Shown here piece after piece: positions 36,247-42,681 of a stretch of 50,996 nucleotides of DNA (within the stretch, counting starts at the first letter, position 1; every line of letters begins with the position of its first letter). Position numbers and translations under genes: made by a program. Under the pieces are notes generated by a model. It ran no database searches. It saw only the letters and a program-made list of their open reading frames with translations, and was not told the DNA's origin. Origin of the DNA: a virus; IMG/VR virus record IMGVR_UViG_3300032030_000120; one strand, given 5' to 3'.

Positions 36247-36275
36247 TATCCTTGCTGATCTTTTTAAAGACATAC

Positions 36276-36307
36276 AAAAAGAGGAGGTTTTTCGCCTCCT
36301 CTTTTTT
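36276..36307. terminator. Bidirectional intrinsic terminator (A-run / GAGGAGG hairpin / T-run)
   Basis: AAAAAGAGGAGG-tttttcg-CCTCCTCTTTTTT. Lies 5 nt beyond the stop of the last reverse-strand gene. Confidence 0.8.
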
Positions 36308-36311
36308 ATTT

Positions 36312-36551
36312 TCACACCGGATCAAAACGGAACTGGATGCTGTCAGTAGCTTCGCCGTCTTTCCAGATAAAGAATGTATATTCCTCACCATTCCCCGATA
36401 TACCTTCCATAAGTTCATCGTTGAGACCGTCATATTTTTCGCCAACAATCTTATGCAGCCAGTCGAAATTCTTGAACTCTCCATCCTCGTAGAGTACTAC
36501 TATCTGTCCATCGTGTTCAGCAGTCAACTTTTTGAAATCCACCATTTTCAT
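36312..36551 (-). CDS. Hypothetical protein (79 aa), last gene of the reverse operon
   Basis: GGGAGGAT RBS. No recognisable motif. Confidence 0.6.
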   Translation of the reverse strand: MKMVDFKKLTAEHDGQIVVLYEDGEFKNFDWLHKIVGEKYDGLNDELMEGISGNGEEYTFFIWKDGEATDSIQFRFDPV

Positions 36552-36560
36552 ATCCTCCCT

Positions 36561-36824
36561 TTATTTTTCATAAGGTGTTAATTTATATTTGATTCCATTA
36601 ACCTCGATGTAATCATGTTCCTGCTCGGACGAGCCGCAGGAAACGACTTTCGATATATCCACTTCAAGAGCGGTGCATATCCTATCAATAACAGAGAGAG
36701 AGACGGATTCATTTTTCCCGAGTTTTGCAAGCGTCCCGGGGGCGAATCCTGTCATATCTGCTAAATCCTTCTTCCTCAACTTCCTTTCACGCAGTGTCTT
36801 CCAGAGCGGATCGTAGTTAAACAT
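36561..36824 (-). CDS. XRE/Cro-C1-type HTH protein (87 aa)
   Basis: LRERKLRKKDLADMTGFAPGTLAKLGKNESVSLSVIDRICTALEVDISKVV (HTH_26-like). Its start lies 1 nt after the upstream stop. Confidence 0.8.
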   Translation of the reverse strand: MFNYDPLWKTLRERKLRKKDLADMTGFAPGTLAKLGKNESVSLSVIDRICTALEVDISKVVSCGSSEQEHDYIEVNGIKYKLTPYEK

Positions 36825-36825
36825 A

Positions 36826-37335
36826 TCAAGTCCTCCTTATCGTGCAGTATGTTTTCGCCATTGCAACAAGCTCTTCTGTCTGGTATTTATTCATGACCGC
36901 TGCCACATCCAAATCGTAGAACTGCGGTGAGAAATCGCGTTGCAGATCCTGCTCTACATCGGACAGGAATGCCTTCGAGAATGCGTTTGAAAGCCCGACC
37001 AAGCGTATCTTATGCACGGTTCCCGTTACGCTGTCTCCGAAAATTATCTGAAGCCCTAAACCGCTGCCCTCGTCAAGCTCTGGAATGCGCGATATCCTTG
37101 ATAGATGCGGACTGTATGGAGCATCCATCCATTGCAGATTTCCGAACTTGAACAGCATCATGAACACGCTTCCGACTTTGATATACTTGACTTTGATGTC
37201 CTTGCTGAACTGCTTGATTTCATTTTGCGTCGGGCTTGAAAACGTCACATAGAGTATTCCGCCGTTGTCATTGAAGTCGAACATTACCCTTTGCGGCCCG
37301 ATTAATTCCTTTGATACTTTTCCGACCTGATACAT
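36826..37335 (-). CDS. Hypothetical protein (169 aa)
   Basis: AAAGGAGA RBS. No recognisable motif. Confidence 0.6.
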   Translation of the reverse strand: MYQVGKVSKELIGPQRVMFDFNDNGGILYVTFSSPTQNEIKQFSKDIKVKYIKVGSVFMMLFKFGNLQWMDAPYSPHLSRISRIPELDEGSGLGLQIIFGDSVTGTVHKIRLVGLSNAFSKAFLSDVEQDLQRDFSPQFYDLDVAAVMNKYQTEELVAMAKTYCTIRRT

Positions 37336-37350
37336 ATCTATCTCCTTTCC

Positions 37351-37860
37351 TCACTCCCATGCACGGGAGAAATCAGCATCCTTAAAAAGCTCCTGGAGCC
37401 CGGATAGTTGCTTTAGCCTGAGAAGCTCTTCGGCATCCATGCCAATATTCTTCATGATCCATGCGTCGGACATGCCAGCTGCTGACAGCTCTGCAACAAT
37501 ATTAACCATCAGATCTATGCTGTGCTCTCCCCGGGCCCTGTTATGGCGGATCGTGCTGGCCATGCGGTCTTCAATCGGCTTATCAATAACAGAGACGGGC
37601 AGAAGGCCGTGCTCTCGCTCGTAAATATCGCTGTGCCTCAGCATCGTTGTATAGCGGTGATATCCGTCCACGATCTCATATACATCCTCTTCCGGGATGT
37701 AGTAGCATACAATCGGCATTGTATAGCCGTCTTCCTTGATGGACTGGTACAGCAATTTCATTTCCGGTGGAGCTACATGATTTGGATTCCATGTGTTTGC
37801 CCTGATCTTTTCAATCGGGACCGCCTGTATGCCGTATACGGGGCTTTTGAATTCTTCCAT
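37351..37860 (-). CDS. ParB N-terminal-domain (ParB/Srx) protein, IbrB-like
   Basis: IEKIRANTWNPNHV, IVDGYHRY and TIRHNRARGEH motifs of the ParB/sulfiredoxin fold. Short C-terminal HTH-like region. Confidence 0.8.
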   Translation of the reverse strand: MEEFKSPVYGIQAVPIEKIRANTWNPNHVAPPEMKLLYQSIKEDGYTMPIVCYYIPEEDVYEIVDGYHRYTTMLRHSDIYEREHGLLPVSVIDKPIEDRMASTIRHNRARGEHSIDLMVNIVAELSAAGMSDAWIMKNIGMDAEELLRLKQLSGLQELFKDADFSRAWE

Positions 37861-37870
37861 ATGTGCCTCC

Positions 37871-39172
37871 TTATAAGTTCTTATATTTCTCGATTGCCTT
37901 TGCCCGTCTCTCTGATTCTACTTTGGTCGGCGCGAATCCCATGTACTTACAGAGGTAATCATTCTTGATGATACATACGCACATCCTCTTGTAAGACGGG
38001 ACGTCCTTAAATTTTGTGACCGTTGCCTCATCCGGATAATCCTCGAAGGTACATACATCCTTTGTAGATGTCTTGCACTTCTTCCCCCGGTTCTCGAACT
38101 GAACTCCGGATTCTTCCAGTTCTCTGATTGTCTCCGCATCGAGAGCGCCTCCGCGGTCATGCCAGAATTTTATGCTCGTCTTCAGCTTAGTCAGATAGTT
38201 TTCTCTGACGTCTTCAGGTAAGGTGTTGAGCAGGAAGAAGCAGTATTCCTTCCAGGTGAAGTGTGCCGGCTTCGTAATGCTCTTCCATCCCATTGCCGTT
38301 GTGCCTCCGTACAAGGATGCCATGTTGACGCCGTTTACCCTTCCGACCATCTTCCCCCAGTTGACCGGATCGATGACTTTATAGAGGTGGAGAGTATCCA
38401 TTGCGCAATCATTAAACGGGCTTGCTACCCGCATCTTTGCGACTGGAACACCCGCCTGATAATACAGGTCATACAGCTTGTTATAGGACTTCCGGAACTT
38501 TGCGTTGTATATCCAGATGTCCGGAGCCGTCCAATCATAAAGCGGATAAGCATTGGCCAGCATGTCGCTCTCGGCAAGAATATAGTTCGTATCCTTGTAG
38601 GAATGTACCTTGTGATTTCCTTTGATGGCGCGGAAGCGGTTAAGGGACTCGTCCGCGCGGATCCCGATGAGGACCGCTGTCTTTTCTCCGCGTTTTTTCT
38701 GATACCACCTCCCGAAAGATTCCTGCACATCATAATCTGGGGTGCCCTTTTTGAATTCAAAAGGTACATTGTCTTCATTGATCACATAAGGATTGACGGG
38801 CATTTCCCTTACCCATATGCTCTGTTTGTCTTTGTCCCATGGTATCCAGTAAGCCCCGTCCATCCTGCAGGCGCACTGTGCGCCCATCGGAAGGCACAGC
38901 CAGTATTTCTCAATGCCGGGGAACTGATTGAGGAAGGCATCCTCAACAAAATCCGTGGTCATCTGGTACTGTGCCTCGTAATCCATATGGAACATTGATA
39001 GATCTTCGAGACGATTGTGCTCTGCTGCGTAGTCATATGCAAGGTTCATAAGGACCGAGCTGTCCTTGCCGCCTGAGAATGCTACGAGGATCTTTTCGAA
39101 TTCTGAGAAGATGTACTCAACCCGTTCTTTTGCGGCTTCGTACACATTTTCGTTTAGGTATCTTTTTTCCAT
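37871..39172 (-). CDS. PAPS-reductase-family PP-loop protein, IbrA-like (with a long C-terminal extension)
   Basis: PP-loop VAFSGGKDSSVLMNL. 433 aa counted from the ATG preceded by GGAGGG. Adjacent to the ParB-like gene, as in IbrA/IbrB (YbdN/YbdM) pairs. Confidence 0.85.
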   Translation of the reverse strand: MEKRYLNENVYEAAKERVEYIFSEFEKILVAFSGGKDSSVLMNLAYDYAAEHNRLEDLSMFHMDYEAQYQMTTDFVEDAFLNQFPGIEKYWLCLPMGAQCACRMDGAYWIPWDKDKQSIWVREMPVNPYVINEDNVPFEFKKGTPDYDVQESFGRWYQKKRGEKTAVLIGIRADESLNRFRAIKGNHKVHSYKDTNYILAESDMLANAYPLYDWTAPDIWIYNAKFRKSYNKLYDLYYQAGVPVAKMRVASPFNDCAMDTLHLYKVIDPVNWGKMVGRVNGVNMASLYGGTTAMGWKSITKPAHFTWKEYCFFLLNTLPEDVRENYLTKLKTSIKFWHDRGGALDAETIRELEESGVQFENRGKKCKTSTKDVCTFEDYPDEATVTKFKDVPSYKRMCVCIIKNDYLCKYMGFAPTKVESERRAKAIEKYKNL

Positions 39173-40553
39173 CGTTCGCCCTCCATCTCTTCTTTTTGAT
39201 CTGCTCGACATTCTGTCTGAATGCATCGGCAAGATTCTCTTTCTTCAGGAGATTCTCCCGAATGAAACTGTCTATCGTTCCGCTTGCGCAGATATCATAG
39301 ATATCTACCTCGTGAGTCTGTCCGTATCTGTGTACCCTGTCTTCTGCCTGAGCTCTGGTTGAGTAATCGAAATCATTGTTGTAGAAGATGACGTTATGGC
39401 AGAACTGTAGATTCAATCCGTATGCTCCGCAGACTTTGTTGGCTACAAGGAACTGCGCTTCATCCCGAAAGCACTCTCGATTTATCTGGCGCTGTTTTGC
39501 AGAGCATCTGCCCGTGAACTCGACACAGCTCCTGCCATGGCTTTTCAGAAGATTCATGATCTCTTCAGCTTCGCTTTTATACTTCACGAAGATGATAGCT
39601 TTCTCAGATCCTATCTTATCAATTACATCTTCCAGAGCTTGAAGGCGCGGGTTGTCATCTGGATCAGAAAAGATATCCTCTGTCTTCATGCGTTCTGTTG
39701 CAGCAGATGTCACCCGCCTTCCCGATGTCACATGCTGAAGCGCTGTGAAAAATTTGTAAATGGTATCGTTTCTGAATTCGTCTACATTCTCCAGGAATCT
39801 GTATTTCGTATCGTCGTAGATTGCGTCTTGCTCATAGGACAATTCGAAGTAGCAGGTATGGTAATGCTTTTTCGGGAGAGACATGCAATCTTCTTTCTTT
39901 ACCTGATAGGTGTATGGTGATATCTTCTCGGCCAGATATGCCGTGTTCAGTACCCTGAGCACCTGATCTGTTTTATACTCTCTTCCATTTGGAAGTGTTA
40001 TCTTCCGATACTCCAGATGATTAGCGGAGAAACTGTAATAGGATCTGTATCCGAGTATTCGCCAGTCAAGGATGAAGAACTGACCGAAGAGATCTGCTTC
40101 GTTCTTGCTGATCGGCGTGCCGTTCAGTATCAGCTTGTAGGTGCAACGCTTTGCCAACTCCACAATCCTTCCGGAGCGGATCGCAAAAGGATTCTTGCAG
40201 AGTGACGATTCATCCACTATCAGGTACACCTTGTACTTATTCACAAGGTTAAGGAGCTTTAGATACAGCTTGCTGCTTCCCGATATGGATTCTATTCCTC
40301 TTATGACAATGTTCTCCGGGAAGCATCCGCAGTGATATGTGATATCTTCCCTGAGATTCTTCTTGACACTGCAAGGGCACAACCAGAGCACGACATTCAC
40401 TTTTCCTTTCTCCATGCGCTTCTGTATGAGCTCAAGAGCCGTCCGCGTCTTGCCAGTACCCTGCTCCATGAACAGGGCTCCAACTTTCAGCTTTGAGAGC
40501 TTCTTGACTGCTTCTTCCTGATGCGGAAGAAGAGAAGTTTCAATCGTCATCAT
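39117..40553 (-). CDS. SNF2-family helicase/translocase
   Basis: Motif I MEQGTGKTRT, motif II LIVDESS, motif III LNGTPISKN, motifs V-VI GLNLQ...STRAQAEDRVHRYGQ. Confidence 0.9.
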   Translation of the reverse strand: MMTIETSLLPHQEEAVKKLSKLKVGALFMEQGTGKTRTALELIQKRMEKGKVNVVLWLCPCSVKKNLREDITYHCGCFPENIVIRGIESISGSSKLYLKLLNLVNKYKVYLIVDESSLCKNPFAIRSGRIVELAKRCTYKLILNGTPISKNEADLFGQFFILDWRILGYRSYYSFSANHLEYRKITLPNGREYKTDQVLRVLNTAYLAEKISPYTYQVKKEDCMSLPKKHYHTCYFELSYEQDAIYDDTKYRFLENVDEFRNDTIYKFFTALQHVTSGRRVTSAATERMKTEDIFSDPDDNPRLQALEDVIDKIGSEKAIIFVKYKSEAEEIMNLLKSHGRSCVEFTGRCSAKQRQINRECFRDEAQFLVANKVCGAYGLNLQFCHNVIFYNNDFDYSTRAQAEDRVHRYGQTHEVDIYDICASGTIDSFIRENLLKKENLADAFRQNVEQIKKKRWRANDGKKIPKRKCVRSRKRTG

Positions 40554-41109
40554 CGAGTAAATCCTCCGGTATCATGTCTTTTTTAATCGCTATTTCCTGA
40601 TCTATGTTTAATGTGAATCCGCTCTTCAGTAGTCTTTCCGCAATCGGCATCAGCTGATGAGGATAACCGAACCTGACATCGTATCCGATATAGACAAGGT
40701 TATCGACAATCCTTGCATAGTCTCTGTCAAACTTCTTTCGTCTGAAGTAGACAATGCCGTCATCGTGTATGATGTCGACCGTCCCTTCCTTCGTGGGATT
40801 GTCTGGCCGGTAAATGTTCCGCTCTACATCGAACACATGCATGAAGTAGTGAGCGTTCGCGCTGTCGATCAGAAGAAGTGCGTCGCCCCGCCTGTCGATC
40901 CAGTATCTTGATGTATCCTGCTTCTTCGCAAACTCAAAATCTTCTGGTGAGACAAGCTCTGTATTCTCCATAAGATACCTCATGGCGGACAGGATATTCG
41001 CTCTGATCACGTTTGCCCATGCCCTCTGCTTTTCTGTGCCAGACAGATAAGGAAGCCGCATCTCTGCGGCAATCCTTGCAATCTTGTTGGTGTCTTTCGT
41101 ATATATCAT
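40540..41109 (-). CDS. Hypothetical protein (189 aa), short paralog of the first operon gene
   Basis: Shares LPxLxGTE(K/R)QxxWAN, (Y/F)WI(D/E)(R/N)R, KEG(T/V)V and LLxxGF segments with 41112..42173. Confidence 0.65.
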   Translation of the reverse strand: MIYTKDTNKIARIAAEMRLPYLSGTEKQRAWANVIRANILSAMRYLMENTELVSPEDFEFAKKQDTSRYWIDRRGDALLLIDSANAHYFMHVFDVERNIYRPDNPTKEGTVDIIHDDGIVYFRRKKFDRDYARIVDNLVYIGYDVRFGYPHQLMPIAERLLKSGFTLNIDQEIAIKKDMIPEDLLDDDD

Positions 41110-41111
41110 AT

Positions 41112-42173
41112 TTAATCCTCGTCCATGAGTTCCGCAAGCGGATCCGGAACGTCTTCGCGCTTGTGCTCCGGGATGTCAGCGAATTCCGGTACGGGAATCC
41201 CTTCGATTTTTGCCTTTGCATCGTCAAGGACCTTTCGCGCCTTCGGAGAAATGTAGTAGTCATATTCAGCAGCAAAGTCCTCGATGCTCCTATAGTATTC
41301 AGCCGGAACAAGTACGCATCCGCTTCTGTACTTTGCTCCTCTCAATGCTATTGCGTCATAATAGCAGTTGAGATCATTTCTCCACTTGATCTTAATTTTC
41401 TTGTCATCTTCTCTGAGGATCCATTTTGTATGTTCCTTCTCAAAGGTGGCATTGACGGACATGTCCATGACGTCCTTATCCGGGAATGCAACTCTGAATC
41501 CGTTATCAAGTAGGTCGCGTCCGATCTCGGCGGCTATGTCGTCGGTCATCCCTGTTAACGCTGTTGTTTCCTTTACCCATTCCATTCCGTTCCACTTGCA
41601 GTAGTGCTTCTTGACGATGGTTCGGAAGTCGCTGTCCTTCTCGTAGATGAAGCTGATGTAATCGCCCTTGATGAGGATTCTTACAACACCTTCCTTCTTG
41701 GGGTCTTCCGGTGCCACGAGGAACTCTTTCTCATCTTTCATACTTCCTTCCGGTGGCATGAATTCAAGTTCCTTAATGGCATTGTGGATGGTCGTATCAG
41801 TTGATTCATATCTGTTCTCGATCCAGAACGATGCTTTGTTCTGGCCGTACAGCCAGTTCATGGCCTTGCCGATAGAATCCTTACCGATATCCGTCATGTT
41901 CATGATGTTATTCTCGATGAAGTACTCACAGGCGTCGAGCTTTGTCCTACGGAGTGTGTTTGCCCATTGTACCTGTCTTTCTGTACCGACGAGTTCCGGA
42001 AGCCCTCGCTCTTCGGCGAATGCATCGTTTTCTTTCGCTGTTAACCTTGCCTCACATTCAGGACAGTCGCCTTTCTCAAGTCTCTTGATTTCATATTCTC
42101 TTGTTTTAGATTTCCCGAAGAGCTCCACAGTCCCTTCGTGTCCGCATGCATATTTGATAGTATATTTAGCCAT
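41112..42173 (-). CDS. Hypothetical protein (353 aa): N-terminal zinc ribbon + GTERQ-WAN domain
   Basis: MAKYTIKYACGHEGTVELFG...GDCPECEARL, then LPELVGTERQVQWANTLR. AGGAGGA RBS before ATG at 42173. Confidence 0.7.
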   Translation of the reverse strand: MAKYTIKYACGHEGTVELFGKSKTREYEIKRLEKGDCPECEARLTAKENDAFAEERGLPELVGTERQVQWANTLRRTKLDACEYFIENNIMNMTDIGKDSIGKAMNWLYGQNKASFWIENRYESTDTTIHNAIKELEFMPPEGSMKDEKEFLVAPEDPKKEGVVRILIKGDYISFIYEKDSDFRTIVKKHYCKWNGMEWVKETTALTGMTDDIAAEIGRDLLDNGFRVAFPDKDVMDMSVNATFEKEHTKWILREDDKKIKIKWRNDLNCYYDAIALRGAKYRSGCVLVPAEYYRSIEDFAAEYDYYISPKARKVLDDAKAKIEGIPVPEFADIPEHKREDVPDPLAELMDED

Positions 42174-42212
42174 TTCTATTTCCTCCTGATTGAATGTTTT
42201 CTTAACACAATA

Positions 42213-42241
42213 ATAATAACACATATGCGCAGTTCTGTAAA
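42213..42241 (-). promoter_or_regulatory. Sigma-70-like promoter of the reverse operon (TTTACA - 17 nt - TATTAT on the minus strand)
   Basis: Read on the reverse complement, about 40 nt upstream of the first gene. The spacer contains ACACATATGCG. Confidence 0.5.
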
Positions 42242-42250
42242 CCTAAAAAT

Positions 42251-42262
42251 ACACATATGTGT
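42251..42262. promoter_or_regulatory. 12-bp palindrome ACACATATGTGT just upstream of the operon promoter (operator-like)
   Basis: Perfect palindrome. A near copy, ACACATATGCG, lies inside the promoter spacer (42219-42229). Confidence 0.5.
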
Positions 42263-42358
42263 AATTAATTACATAAATATGATATTCGGAACGTGAACGA
42301 GGATTGTTTTCAGTTTATTTATGGGTGTGGGCTCGAATGAATTGAGTGGTAAAAGAGT

Positions 42359-42377
42359 GGTCGTCAAAATGTCGTCA
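42359..42377 (+). repeat. attP arm-type repeat copy 1 (GGTCGTCAAAATGTCGTCA)
   Basis: A 19-mer present three times in direct orientation, flanking the tRNA-derived core. Confidence 0.8.
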
Positions 42378-42413
42378 GCTGTGCCGAAACTCCGCATAAA
42401 ATCAAGGCGGTTA

Positions 42414-42461
42414 AGCTGACTCTTAATCAGGGTGTCCGGGGTTCGAGTCCCCGGAGGCGCA
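42414..42461 (+). other. attP core: 3' half of a tRNA-Lys(CUU) gene (anticodon arm, variable loop, T-arm, 3' acceptor strand)
   Basis: CTGA-CTCTTAA-TCAG anticodon arm (CTT), CGGGG-TTCGAGT-CCCCG T-arm, and GAGGCGC-A acceptor end. No matching 5' acceptor strand or D-arm upstream. Confidence 0.75.
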
Positions 42462-42473
42462 GACCTTATAAAT

Positions 42474-42516
42474 GCCGGAAAAAGCTGATATTTAAAGGCT
42501 TTTCCGGCATTTTTTG
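42474..42516 (+). terminator. Intrinsic terminator following the tRNA fragment
   Basis: GCCGGAAAA(A)GC...GCTTTTCCGGC followed by ATTTTTT. Confidence 0.75.
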
Positions 42517-42530
42517 TTTGTTCTGTAATA

Positions 42531-42560
42531 GGCGAAAATAGGTGAAAATAGGTGAAAATG
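42531..42560 (+). repeat. Three tandem 10-bp units GG(C/T)GAAAAT(A/G)
   Basis: ggcgaaaata ggtgaaaata ggtgaaaatg. Confidence 0.9.
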
Positions 42561-42562
42561 GC

Positions 42563-42581
42563 GGTCGTCAAACTGTCGTCA
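42563..42581 (+). repeat. attP arm-type repeat copy 2 (GGTCGTCAAACTGTCGTCA)
   Basis: One mismatch to copies 1 and 3. Confidence 0.8.
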
Positions 42582-42602
42582 CGCCTTGAAAAGGAAGGCG
42601 GT

Positions 42603-42621
42603 GGTCGTCAAAATGTCGTCA
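42603..42621 (+). repeat. attP arm-type repeat copy 3 (GGTCGTCAAAATGTCGTCA)
   Basis: Identical to copy 1. Confidence 0.8.
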
Positions 42622-42643
42622 AAAAAGATTCAATGGTAAAAAG

Positions 42644-42676
42644 CTGGCAAAACACTGGCAAAACATTGGCATTGAC
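42644..42676 (+). repeat. Tandem 11-bp units CTGGCAAAACA x2 plus degenerate TTGGCATTGAC
   Basis: Read directly. Abuts the integrase stop codon. Confidence 0.85.
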
Positions 42677-42681
42677 ATTAT

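Noticed and set aside
38261-38998. 245-aa plus-strand ORF inside the IbrA-like gene, plus other + strand ORFs across 36.1-42.2 kb
   Set aside because: The minus-strand ORFs have strong RBSs, coupling and recognisable motifs. The + strand ORFs are shadow frames without start context.
42390-42461. A complete tRNA-Lys gene at the att site
   Set aside because: Only the anticodon arm, T-arm and 3' acceptor strand are present. No GCGCCTC 5' acceptor strand or D-arm can be found upstream, so it is an attP core fragment and not a functional gene.
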